DNA of 62,168 nt from Acidobacteriota bacterium (lineage in GTDB: Bacteria > Acidobacteriota > Terriglobia > 2-12-FULL-54-10): contig JACQGE010000117.1 of the NCBI GenBank assembly GCA_016199675.1, forward strand, positions 1 to 62,168. The letters run 5' to 3'. Of the stretch, positions 28,910-37,635 are shown piece by piece. The notes under the pieces are model-generated. The model saw only the letters and a list, made by a program, of their open reading frames with translations, was not told where the DNA came from and made no database searches. Position 1 is the first letter of the stretch. Each line of letters starts with the position of its first letter. The position numbers and the translations under genes are program-made.

Positions 28910-29245
28910 TTAAACGCTGAAAGAACTACCGCAGCCGCATGTGCTCTTCACGTTAGGATTGGAAAACTTGAACCCGGAGCCTTCCAGAGTTTCTATGTAA
29001 TCCACCTCCGTGTTGTCCAGGTACAGCAGGCTGGCCTGGTCCACAAAGACTTTCAGGCCGTCGAATTCAAAAACCTTGTCCATGCCCATCTCATCGGGAC
29101 GATGGTCTTCAAACATCATGGAGTAGGAAAAACCGGAACATCCTCCGCCCACAACGCCAATCCGCAATCCTGCGGGCATCGGGTCCTGCTGAACCAAAAT
29201 TTCTTTTACTTTGCTCACCGCAACTGGGGTTACTGTGATCGGCAC
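28910..29245 (-). CDS. Iron-sulfur cluster insertion protein (IscA/ErpA/HesB family)
   Basis: GLRIGVVGGGCSGFSY...FSNPNVKSTCGCGSSF. Start at GTG 29245, five nt after AGGAGG. Confidence 0.85.
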   Translation of the reverse strand: MPITVTPVAVSKVKEILVQQDPMPAGLRIGVVGGGCSGFSYSMMFEDHRPDEMGMDKVFEFDGLKVFVDQASLLYLDNTEVDYIETLEGSGFKFSNPNVKSTCGCGSSFSV

Positions 29246-29487
29246 ACTTACCTCCTGATAGATAACAAATTTACCGGACCGCCACTCGTGTTTTACTGGC
29301 TGGCTAAACCGCCTGCAAAACAAAGTGCTCCCTTACTTATTTTACTCTTTTCCTGAGGGTTAATGTCAACATTGCTTTGTCTGTGGTGGCCCGAAATATG
29401 GTTCCCTTCAAGGTTCCGCTCCTGAACATGTCCTTAATGGCATGGATTTGCATTACCATATCATTTTCCTCACCTGGAGGGAAAATC

Positions 29488-30495
29488 GTGACTGCTGAAC
29501 CGGAACCTGCTGGCGGAGAGACGCCGCCAAAAAATAAGAGAATCTGGGGGATCGCCATCGGAGCGATCCTGATAGGGATCGTGGCATTGGCCCTCTTCTT
29601 TTTTTTCAGGCCGGGGAGTTCGGCGGCCGCTCTGCTTCGATATCTGCCACCCGGCGCGGACCTTTATGTGTTGGCCGATCTTGAGGCTTTGCAGTCCAAC
29701 CTAGCTGTGAGGAAACTACTGGCTGATTCCCCGACCTTCGCTCGCGGTGAGGAATATGAGCAGTTCGTGCAAGGAACAGGTTTTCGCTACCAGCAAGACT
29801 TAAAGCAATTAGTTGTGGCCAAGATTGGGCCGGATTGGTTGGGCGCAGCTCGGGTCCAGTTGGACCAGGCCAAAATGGTTCAACACCTGAAATCGCAAGG
29901 GGGTGAAGCAATTCAGGAAGAGGGCTTGACGATATACCGCTATGGGCAGATACGGCCTTTTCGCCTGGTTTTCCTCCAAGATGACTTGGCCGTCTTCACC
30001 GTGGGAAGCGATGCCGATCCGATCCGGCAAATGGTCAAGAGGTTTCGGGGGCAGTTGGATGATTCGGCAAGCATCGAGATGGAACAAGCGAACTCTTCTG
30101 GACATTTTTCCGGCGGGGGTCAACTCCAGGTGTTCGGACGAATGGATCGGTGGCTGATCAGCCCTAATCCAGAGCCCCGAATTCAGGTGCTGGAGTTGGC
30201 CAAAATTTTTCTGAAGGGGAGCAAGCGGCTTTACGGAACGGTGAAGAGCGGGCTGACTTCGCTGGACTTCCACGTCGAGGCGGAATGCGACAGCCCGGCA
30301 GATGCAGAGCGAATCGCGCAAACCTCTCAAATTTTTTTGAAAATGTTGGTGGCTGCGCCTCCTTCTCAAACTGCGGATCAGATGCTCCCCGCATTGCTAT
30401 CCGGGATTGCCGTCCGCTCGGAGCAAGCATCGGTTTATTTTGAATGGCGCTGGGACCGGGAAACGCTGAGCCTGCTAGAACAGAATTCGCAGTGA
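29488..30495 (+). CDS. Hypothetical membrane-anchored protein
   Basis: GTG 29488 lies six nt after GGAGGG. One N-terminal TM helix (IWGIAIGAILIGIVALALFFFF) precedes a ~290-aa soluble part with no motif I recognise. Confidence 0.5.
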   Translation: MTAEPEPAGGETPPKNKRIWGIAIGAILIGIVALALFFFFRPGSSAAALLRYLPPGADLYVLADLEALQSNLAVRKLLADSPTFARGEEYEQFVQGTGFRYQQDLKQLVVAKIGPDWLGAARVQLDQAKMVQHLKSQGGEAIQEEGLTIYRYGQIRPFRLVFLQDDLAVFTVGSDADPIRQMVKRFRGQLDDSASIEMEQANSSGHFSGGGQLQVFGRMDRWLISPNPEPRIQVLELAKIFLKGSKRLYGTVKSGLTSLDFHVEAECDSPADAERIAQTSQIFLKMLVAAPPSQTADQMLPALLSGIAVRSEQASVYFEWRWDRETLSLLEQNSQ

Positions 30496-30535
30496 GCGAG
30501 GGAGAAGAAATATCCGAGTCGAGATAGAGATTGCG

Positions 30536-31344
30536 GGTAGTGCGCTAATTGTGCGCTACTGATTCTCCGGGCCACGGTTCACCACCACGCCGAAAACCCC
30601 CGCGAAAGGGGTTACCGTAATGACAGACAACCCAATCGAACATCCCCAAAAATCCGAAGAGACAGGGAAAGAAGGCGATCGTAGCAGCCAACAATCCTCG
30701 CCAATCTTGCGAGCCGAACTTCAGATTCCACGCCCCGCGATAGATGAGTATTATTCCAAGCAGAAAGAGAAGCAGCGTCAGGAAAATAGGAGGTTTTGGG
30801 TACAGATCGGAACATTCATCATTGCTTTTCTCGCCATTGGACTCTCCGGCTGGCAAGCCTATGTCGCTAGAGAGAGTAGCCGAAACAGCAATCGTGCCTA
30901 CATCACGATTGTTGGCGGGCCAGGGCTGCGTGCTGACACCGCCGTTCCGCAAATCGGCGTCGAACTTTTCCATACCGGATACACTCCCGCATTGAACGTA
31001 AGAAAGGCTATTAAGTGGGAAACTAGAGAACTGCCGCTCCCGTCCAGCAATACCGATTATCTGGGAGACCCCCCTTATGAACCTGAAACTTTCAGTCTGA
31101 CGAGTCCAGAAATGGAACCCTTGGTTACAGAGGTAAATCTGTCTGCTGCTGATCGGCAGAAGATCGAAAGTCTCGCGTATGGTTTGGTTATTTGGGGAAC
31201 GGTAGAATACACTACATTCGGTCAGGTTCATCACACTCGCTTCTGCTACGTCATGTCGCCAGATTTGAAGCGCCAACAAAGAAGATGTCCAGTACATAAC
31301 GGAACTGACTAAAAAATCCAGGAATGCACAATTAGCGCACTAGC
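30536..31344. mobile_element. 809-bp TIR-bounded, non-autonomous transposon-like element with a passenger gene
   Basis: 19-bp terminal inverted repeats, GGTAGTGCGCTAATTGTGC (30536-30554) and GCACAATTAGCGCACTAGC (31326-31344). They match 18/19, with 17 perfect. The element is flanked by the 8-bp direct repeat AGATTGCG (30528-30535 and 31345-31352). No transposase-like ORF inside. Confidence 0.65.
30620..31312 (+). CDS. Hypothetical single-pass membrane protein (passenger of the TIR element)
   Basis: 230 aa with a charged N-terminus, one TM helix (FWVQIGTFIIAFLAIGLSGW) and a C-terminal part ending ...GTVEYTTFGQVHHTRFCY. It reads more protein-like than the antisense 250-aa ORF. Confidence 0.5.
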   Translation: MTDNPIEHPQKSEETGKEGDRSSQQSSPILRAELQIPRPAIDEYYSKQKEKQRQENRRFWVQIGTFIIAFLAIGLSGWQAYVARESSRNSNRAYITIVGGPGLRADTAVPQIGVELFHTGYTPALNVRKAIKWETRELPLPSSNTDYLGDPPYEPETFSLTSPEMEPLVTEVNLSAADRQKIESLAYGLVIWGTVEYTTFGQVHHTRFCYVMSPDLKRQQRRCPVHNGTD

Positions 31345-31404
31345 AGATTGCGCAGTTCCTTGACAACATGAGACAATTTTTCCAAGGAGCGGGAGGTGTT
31401 GACC

Positions 31405-31614
31405 ATGCCGGTACAGACCTTAACGGCGGTAATCCACAAGGAAGATGACCTCTACGTGGCAGAGTGCCCGGAAATCGGGACGGTTAGCCAGGGTTCTAGC
31501 ATCGAGGAAGCGGTGGCGAATCTGAAGGAAGCCACGGAGTTGTATTTGGAAGAATTCCCCATGCCGTTAGTTCCCCGCGTGTTGCTGACTACGTTTGAGG
31601 CGACGCATGCCTAA
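31405..31614 (+). CDS. hicB: HicB-family antitoxin (short, UPF0150 domain only)
   Basis: MPVQTLTAVIHKEDDLYVAECPEIGTVSQGSSIEEAVANLKEATELYLEE. GGGAGG lies 8 nt upstream of ATG 31405. Confidence 0.75.
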   Translation: MPVQTLTAVIHKEDDLYVAECPEIGTVSQGSSIEEAVANLKEATELYLEEFPMPLVPRVLLTTFEATHA

Positions 31615-31834
31615 GCTCCCCCGCGTTTCGGGAGAGCGGGCGATCCGAGCGTTGGAGGGACTTGGCTTCGTGAGAGTCCGGCAACATGGAAGTCATGTCG
31701 TGCTTCGGAAGCAGATGCCGGAAGGCGACGTCGGTTGCGTTATCCCATTACACCGAGAATTGGCTGTCGGTACGCTCAGCGGCATTCTAAAGCTGGCTAA
31801 GGTCACTACCAAAGAGTTCGTGGAAAATTTGTAG
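31607..31834 (+). CDS. hicA: HicA-family mRNA interferase toxin
   Basis: MPKLPRVSGERAIRALEGLGFVRVRQHGSHVVLRK.... Its start overlaps the hicB stop (ATGCCTAA). Confidence 0.75.
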   Translation: MPKLPRVSGERAIRALEGLGFVRVRQHGSHVVLRKQMPEGDVGCVIPLHRELAVGTLSGILKLAKVTTKEFVENL

Positions 31835-31928
31835 TATCTGTTGCTCAGCGTCGCCACTGCCTTTCGACCCTTCCACAGATGGCCGCGTACATTCTCTACA
31901 TAACTATGCGATCCGGGGCCTAAAAATT

Positions 31929-32894
31929 ATGCGCATCAGTGAAAGAGAATTTGTAGAAGAAGTGCGGCGAGAAGCAAAGCATAAGGTGGCACTTCGACCC
32001 AGGGGCTTGACCCTCCGCCAGGGGATTGGCGATGATTGCGCCATTCTGGCCTACTCTCCGCAAAAGGACCTGTTAGTTACCACGGATTTTTTCCTCGAAG
32101 GCGTTCACTTTCGCAGGGAATGGGAGGCGGCCCACTCCGTCGGCCATAAAGCGCTGGCGCGAGCCTTGAGTGATATAGCTGCCATGGGAGGAATCCCCCG
32201 GTATGCCTTCCTTTCTTTGGCATTATCAAGAACCATAAAACAAAATTGGATACAAGAATTTCTTAAAGGATTTCTTGAATTATCCGAATCTCAGAAGGTG
32301 ATTCTGGCCGGGGGTGATACGAGCGCATCCCCGGATGGTGTCATCACCGACGTCATGGTAATCGGAGAGATTACAAAGGGCCAGGCGATCCGGCGCGATG
32401 GCTCTCGTGCGGGAGACGAAATTTGGGTGACGGGCAGCTTAGGAAACGCAGCTTTGGCTTTGTCCCTCCTGCGCGGCGGAAAGAAACCTCTGCTCTCGCA
32501 GCTTCCATTCCGGGTTCTTTTTTACCCTCAGCCGAGACTGCACATTGGTCGCTATCTTCGCCAGCGTAAGCTGGCCACCGCTATGATTGACATTAGCGAC
32601 GGATTGTCCATTGACTTGGCCCGCCTCTGCGAGGAGAGCGGAACGGGAGCGCGCATCGCGGAGGAAGCCATCCCGCGTTTCCCGCCAGTAACCATCCAGC
32701 AGGCGCTCCACGGAGGCGAAGACATGGAACTGCTGTTTACAGTGCCCCCCAAGCGATCGGCGATGCTCCCAAAGAGTATTGGTGGAGTCCCACTCACGCG
32801 CATTGGCACGATCATTCCAGGCCGGAAGCTGTGGCTCGTTCGGGGGGACGGGAAAAGCCGTCCGCTGCCGATATTGGGATTTCAACACTTCTAG
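31929..32894 (+). CDS. thiL: Thiamine-phosphate kinase
   Basis: GIGDDCAIL, AIR-synthase-like fold, GGDTSASPDG. Confidence 0.85.
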   Translation: MRISEREFVEEVRREAKHKVALRPRGLTLRQGIGDDCAILAYSPQKDLLVTTDFFLEGVHFRREWEAAHSVGHKALARALSDIAAMGGIPRYAFLSLALSRTIKQNWIQEFLKGFLELSESQKVILAGGDTSASPDGVITDVMVIGEITKGQAIRRDGSRAGDEIWVTGSLGNAALALSLLRGGKKPLLSQLPFRVLFYPQPRLHIGRYLRQRKLATAMIDISDGLSIDLARLCEESGTGARIAEEAIPRFPPVTIQQALHGGEDMELLFTVPPKRSAMLPKSIGGVPLTRIGTIIPGRKLWLVRGDGKSRPLPILGFQHF

Positions 32895-32925
32895 AGAATC
32901 GTGTTTCCAGGGATGGGGTAATTTC

Positions 32926-33393
32926 TCAGGCGAGATTCTTTTCCATCAAATAAGCGTCCGAGCCGTCCCGGTAATAATTGGAGAGAACTTGCCGGACCGC
33001 ATATCCTCGCTTTTCGTAAAACTGGATTGCGATCCTGTTCTCGACCCAAACCTCTAGGAGCAGGCGGATAGCCCCACTTTTTGAAAGACGCTGTTCGGCC
33101 AGCTCCATTAATCGAGCACCCAGACCCTGATGTTGGAATTGCGGGTGAACATCAATGGTAATAATGTGACCCCATTGCCGGCCCCGCCGATGCGCGAGGA
33201 TAAATCCCACGACTTGTCCTGAAATTTCGGCTACCAGAGCGAAAGCCCCATGCTGCTCCAATCCTAAGGCCATTTCCTCGGCCGGGTAAGCAATCCCCTC
33301 CGGGAAGCAAAGGCGGTCTAAAGTGCAGAGGGTAGGAAAATCAGCGGGTTGATATTCCCGGATCGAGAAGGTGTTTGCTTTAGGAGAGGACAT
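32926..33393 (-). CDS. rimI: GNAT N-acetyltransferase, RimI-like
   Basis: IREYQPADFPTLCTLDRLCF... and QHQGLGARLMELAEQ (acetyl-CoA site). Start at ATG 33393 overlaps the upstream small ORF by 14 nt. Confidence 0.7.
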   Translation of the reverse strand: MSSPKANTFSIREYQPADFPTLCTLDRLCFPEGIAYPAEEMALGLEQHGAFALVAEISGQVVGFILAHRRGRQWGHIITIDVHPQFQHQGLGARLMELAEQRLSKSGAIRLLLEVWVENRIAIQFYEKRGYAVRQVLSNYYRDGSDAYLMEKNLA

Positions 33394-33640
33394 GGCGGAT
33401 GGATTCCCGGAACACAATGGCCGTATAAGGGATCCCCCCGACTTGATAGACTATCTTGCTCGTATCCGTTGCCGAAACTGAGATCAATTCCAAATGCCGA
33501 TGAACTTGGTAATCCTCCTCCCACGAGGAGATCATCGCTTCCACTTCTTCTTTGGAAAGGCCGAATTGTGAAAGCAGCATTGGCCGGTGGAATTCTTTGA
33601 CAACCTCCAAGTATCGCTCGACGGCTGCTCTGAGTTCCAT
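33380..33640 (-). CDS. Hypothetical 86-aa protein
   Basis: ATG 33640. The sequence MELRAAVERYLEVVKEFHRPMLLSQFGLSKEEVE... looks protein-like and overlaps rimI. No recognised domain. Confidence 0.4.
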   Translation of the reverse strand: MELRAAVERYLEVVKEFHRPMLLSQFGLSKEEVEAMISSWEEDYQVHRHLELISVSATDTSKIVYQVGGIPYTAIVFRESIRHVLS

Positions 33641-33908
33641 AACAAACCAAAAGGCATTTCTCCGAATAGTATATGATCTCACTGCAGTTTGCGCATCGTC
33701 CCTGACTGTTAAGCGGAAAATTTGAGAAAAGCAGGGCGGCTGGGCCCGGATTCGAAAAATCGTTCTGATCTCAAACAGTACCAAAGTCCTTCTGTTTTTT
33801 GTGCTCTTTGTCCTATTGTGTTTGTGCCACCTCAGCCGTAATCTCGAAATGGCCCCCAAAAGAACTTCCCCCTGCGAACTTTGACATTCTATAACGAAGG
33901 TTTTCACG

Positions 33909-34280
33909 ATGAAAAATAATCGCCGCCGCTCCACTCGTTTTCCGCTAGAGTTGCCTACGATAGTCCAGTGGGAAGAAAACAACGATACTCGAAGCGTGCA
34001 GACGCAGACGAAAGACATCAGCAGTTCGGGGTTGTACTTGCTGTTGGAAAAGCAGTGTCGTCCCAGTTCCCGTATCGAGTTTGAAGTACAATTACCGGAT
34101 TCGTTCGGCGCCGGCAGTGGCGCCGTGCTTTTTGGACGAGGCCGCCTGATCCGCCAAGAACATCATGGCGATCAACGCATCGGTATTGGAGCTGTCATTG
34201 AGCGATGCGAGATTCGACCGGCACGGCTGCCATTGGATGAGGTCCCGCGCAGCCCAAAAGCCAAAGCGGTAGCCCGCTAA
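33909..34280 (+). CDS. PilZ domain protein
   Basis: RRRSTR (RxxxR) and DISSSG (DxSxxG). Confidence 0.75.
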   Translation: MKNNRRRSTRFPLELPTIVQWEENNDTRSVQTQTKDISSSGLYLLLEKQCRPSSRIEFEVQLPDSFGAGSGAVLFGRGRLIRQEHHGDQRIGIGAVIERCEIRPARLPLDEVPRSPKAKAVAR

Positions 34281-34346
34281 TCTAACGCCAAAGTTCGGCG
34301 GACTGATGTTCATGGCAAGGATACGTTGTTCCGCGAGAAATGCGAG

Positions 34347-35300
34347 TCATGCCCGCGGATGCGTCTTATCGTACACTTCCATCAAATGTCGCATTGAAAT
34401 CCGCGTATATTTTTGGGTGCTGGATAAACTGCTGTGCCCGAGTAGTTCCTGGATGACCCTCAAGTCGGCCCCTTCGCTTAGCAAGTGTGTTGCAAAGGCG
34501 TGGCGCAAGGAATGAGGATGCAAGGTCAGGTCTCCGCAAAGGAGGGCAGCATAGCGCTTGAGAATGCGCGCCACCGAGCGCGTGGTCAACTGTTGTCCCC
34601 GGGCGTTAACTAGCAGGGCGTTGGTTTCCGTGCGGTTGTGTTGAAGGAGTTTTTCGCGCCACGGCAAATAGTCTTGGAGCGCTCCTTTCGCTTTGCTGCC
34701 GAATGGCACCGTCCGTTCCTTCTTCCCTTTGCCTCGCGCCAACAACATATCGTCGCTCAGGTCCACCTGATTGAGGCTCAATCCCACCAACTCACTCACC
34801 CGCAGGCCACAGCCATAGAGCAACTCTAAAATCACGCGGTCGCGTGCCAGGAGGGCTTTGTTGTCCGTTTGACCAGGTATAGGAGTTTGTTGGAGCGCGT
34901 CAATGAACCGGTTGGTCTCTTCCGTGGTCATGACGTCCGGCAGGGTTTGAGGCAGGCGCGGGCTGGACACTAGCTTGGCGGGATTTTCCTTGATCCACCC
35001 TTCGCGGCAGGCATAGCGATAGAACGACCTCAGGGTTGCCAACTTCCGGGCAATTGTGGTGGGCTTTCGCTGTTCGGCGTAGAGCTTCCCCATGTATTCC
35101 CGAATGGTTCGATAATCCACCGGAAACGCGGGTTCTCCGGCGAGACGTGTGTTTTCCCTGCTGGCCCTGGTCGAGTTGGCAAGATGAAAAAATACTTCCA
35201 GGTCGCTGCGGTAATTCCGCAGCGTGTGAGGGGAGTAGTTGCGCTCGGTGCGCAGATATTCCAGAAATTGCTCTACAGCCGAAGGCAAACCGGAACCCAT
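34347..35300 (-). CDS. xerC: Tyrosine recombinase XerC/XerD
   Basis: 317 aa with an N-terminal SAM-like domain (FLEYLRTERNYSPHTLRNYRSDL) and catalytic HSLRHAFATHLL...LLGHSSLSSTQKYT. Confidence 0.9.
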   Translation of the reverse strand: MGSGLPSAVEQFLEYLRTERNYSPHTLRNYRSDLEVFFHLANSTRASRENTRLAGEPAFPVDYRTIREYMGKLYAEQRKPTTIARKLATLRSFYRYACREGWIKENPAKLVSSPRLPQTLPDVMTTEETNRFIDALQQTPIPGQTDNKALLARDRVILELLYGCGLRVSELVGLSLNQVDLSDDMLLARGKGKKERTVPFGSKAKGALQDYLPWREKLLQHNRTETNALLVNARGQQLTTRSVARILKRYAALLCGDLTLHPHSLRHAFATHLLSEGADLRVIQELLGHSSLSSTQKYTRISMRHLMEVYDKTHPRA

Positions 35301-35450
35301 GATGTTCCCTATTATGACGGGTGATGGCTCTAGCGGCGAATGTTTGGAGAGCGAAGGAAGTCACAGAAAAGTTACAGGGGAGGATAGGACCGTAGCAGAC
35401 AGGCGTGGTTGCTCCTGCATGGTAGTTAGGTTGGATGTTCCAGTCTGTAT

Positions 35451-36173
35451 TCATGGTGGCGGCTTAAGACCTACGAATACTTGGATGCTTTTGCCGCCGA
35501 TCTCTTCACGCACTTGCATATTTGTAGACTTTAGCAATCGCACAAAAGTCTCGGCTCCATTATCTCCGTTAGCATGCCCAATAATGATCCCATACCTAGG
35601 TGGGACTGATACTCCAGTAGTGACGATACGTACAGACCATCCAGCATTCCCTAAGATAGATATAATCGTTTCGCCAAATCGCGCCGCTTCATCATCTCCC
35701 AATAACGTTAGTTCGGCAACCATTCCGCTAAAGGCTGTTAACTCCTTGACTAATCGTTGTTCTTCTTCCTTGGTAAATGTTCGCCAAGCGAGCCTCTGTT
35801 GCAATTCAAGCAGTTCTTTTTCTGCCTTGGCCGCCCGTTCTTGTTGTTTGGCAGCTTCTGTTTCGAGCATCACTGAACGATCCCTAGCCTCTTTTGCGGT
35901 GTTTCCTGCCTCGGTCAGTTCGTCTCTCAGTTGTTTCTCCTTAAGGCTCGCCAGTCTCGATTCAGCATCGCGTAGTCTCTCCTGTTTGCTCAATGCCACC
36001 CCGGAGACCACCGCAGTGGCAACGGCGATAACAGCTGTTATTGCGAGTAGTATCACACCAGCGGTATTCCAGCGCGCGGATGAGACGACAAGATCAGATA
36101 CAGTCCTTACTACCTCCTCTAGCTCGGACACTTCATCTCTCCTGTGGATCGTCGCGCTGACTTCACTGTGCAT
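35451..36173 (-). CDS. Hypothetical membrane-anchored coiled-coil protein
   Basis: 240 aa with a TM helix (GVILLAITAVIAVATAVVSGV), a ~70-aa charged coiled coil and a ~100-aa globular C-terminus. The ATG lies 3 nt after the trmFO stop. Confidence 0.55.
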   Translation of the reverse strand: MHSEVSATIHRRDEVSELEEVVRTVSDLVVSSARWNTAGVILLAITAVIAVATAVVSGVALSKQERLRDAESRLASLKEKQLRDELTEAGNTAKEARDRSVMLETEAAKQQERAAKAEKELLELQQRLAWRTFTKEEEQRLVKELTAFSGMVAELTLLGDDEAARFGETIISILGNAGWSVRIVTTGVSVPPRYGIIIGHANGDNGAETFVRLLKSTNMQVREEIGGKSIQVFVGLKPPP

Positions 36174-36176
36174 CTA

Positions 36177-37601
36177 TTATGTTGTCGTTTTTTGTTTCGC
36201 CGCAAGCCATTGTTCCAGTTTTGCCAGTGCAATCTGGCATTGGCGGCCATGGCGCTGGGGGCGGTCGAGCTTGGCCGGAGTTGCGGCGCACAGGGGAGGA
36301 AGCAGATCAAAGGCAATATTGGCTGGCTGGTAGTTTCGGGGGTCGGCATGGGAAACATAATGGCAGAGAGAACCCAAGGCGGTGGCCCTGGGAGGCGCAA
36401 TGGGCTGTTCGCCGCCCAGCGCCAGCCCAGCCGCATGGATTCCGGCCAACAAGCCCGTGGCGATGGACTCCACGTAGCCTTCCACGCCACAAATTTGCCC
36501 GGCGAAGAAAATTCGCGGGTCGGCGCGCAATTGCAACGTGGGCATGAGCAACACGGGGGCGTTGATGTAAGTGTTGCGATGAATCTGGCCATAGCGGAGA
36601 AATTCAGCATTCTCCAGGCCGGGGATCATTCGCAGGATGCGCTTTTGTTCTCCGAATTTCAGGTGGTTTTGAAAGCCCACCAGGTTGTAGCTGTCGGCCC
36701 GGAGGTTTTCCCGCCGGAGTTGGACAGCCGCATAAGGTCTTTTACCGGTGCGGGGATCTTGCAAGCCTACCGGCTTCATCGGCCCGAACCGCAGCGTATC
36801 CCGCCCGCGCCGCGCCAACTCTTCGATGGGGAGGCAGCCTTCGAAGTATTGGGCATCTTCAAATTCATGGAGAGCAACCGTCTCCGCCGACAGCAGCGCC
36901 TCGTAAAAGCGTTGGTACTCCTCTTCATTCAGCGGGCAATTCAGATAATCCCCGCTGTCCTGGTTCAGAGGGCCATCCGCGCCAGATTCAGCATCTATCA
37001 TTGACGAATTCCGGGACAGATTCTGGGACGGATTCCGGGGCAGATTGCGGCCATAGCGCGAAGCGGAGAATACTTTGCTGGCATCAATCGTCTCGGCATC
37101 CACAATGGGACTGATCGCGTCATAAAAAAACAACCGTTCGTTTCCGGTAAGCGTTTGAATCGAATGGGCTAGAGCTTCGCTGGTGAGCGGCCCGGTAGCT
37201 ACAATTACAATTATGTCGCTGGGGATTTCGCGGAGTTCCTGGCGGTGGGTATGGATTCGCGGCTCGGATTCAATCGCTGCCGTGACGGCGGGGGCAAACC
37301 GCTCCCGGTCCACAGCCAAGGCCTGCCCCGCCGGGACTGCACATTGGCTCGCAATCCGCAGGAGCAGGGAATCTACGCGGCGCAATTCTTCCTTCAAGAG
37401 CCAGGGGGCAGTATTTTCACGGTTGCTCTTGAGCGAGTTGCTGCATACTAATTCCGCCAGCAAACTGGTTCGGTGAGCCGGAGTGGGGATGGTGGGACGC
37501 ATCTCATAAAGGTCCACCTCAACGCCACGGCAGGCGGCCTGATAAGCGGCCTCTGATCCCGCCAGCCCTCCGCCGATAATCGTGATGCGGTTTCGCGCCA
37601 T
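36177..37601 (-). CDS. trmFO: Methylenetetrahydrofolate--tRNA-(uracil-5-)-methyltransferase TrmFO
   Basis: ITIIGGGLAGSEAAYQAA (FAD), YLNCPLNEEEY, GQICGVEGYVES. Start at ATG 37601 (track 37727). Confidence 0.9.
   Translation of the reverse strand: MARNRITIIGGGLAGSEAAYQAACRGVEVDLYEMRPTIPTPAHRTSLLAELVCSNSLKSNRENTAPWLLKEELRRVDSLLLRIASQCAVPAGQALAVDRERFAPAVTAAIESEPRIHTHRQELREIPSDIIVIVATGPLTSEALAHSIQTLTGNERLFFYDAISPIVDAETIDASKVFSASRYGRNLPRNPSQNLSRNSSMIDAESGADGPLNQDSGDYLNCPLNEEEYQRFYEALLSAETVALHEFEDAQYFEGCLPIEELARRGRDTLRFGPMKPVGLQDPRTGKRPYAAVQLRRENLRADSYNLVGFQNHLKFGEQKRILRMIPGLENAEFLRYGQIHRNTYINAPVLLMPTLQLRADPRIFFAGQICGVEGYVESIATGLLAGIHAAGLALGGEQPIAPPRATALGSLCHYVSHADPRNYQPANIAFDLLPPLCAATPAKLDRPQRHGRQCQIALAKLEQWLAAKQKTTT
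37007..37054 (-). repeat. In-frame 12-nt imperfect tandem repeat (4 units) inside trmFO
   Basis: Plus-strand units are gaattccgggac / agattctgggac / ggattccggggc / agattgcggcca. They encode RNLP-RNPS-QNLS-RNSS. Confidence 0.8.
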
Positions 37602-37635
37602 ACTGTTATAGATTTTAACAGACAAGGAACTGACG

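Noticed and set aside
30545-31297. 250-aa minus-strand ORF that fills the TIR element antiparallel to the 230-aa plus-strand ORF
   Set aside because: Two long mirror ORFs over the same DNA are striking. The minus-strand product is Ser/Phe/Cys-rich with no motif, and its hydrophobic stretches mirror the plus-strand protein's charged region. The plus-strand product has a coherent TM-plus-globular layout. I treat the minus ORF as an antisense artefact, though an invertible or dual-coding arrangement cannot be formally excluded without expression data.
35239-36333. 364-aa plus-strand ORF overlapping the coiled-coil gene and the trmFO 3' end
   Set aside because: It is extremely Ser/Ala/Cys-rich and low in complexity, the typical antisense shadow of a Glu/Lys/Ala-rich coiled-coil gene. 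It also overlaps two well-supported minus-strand genes.
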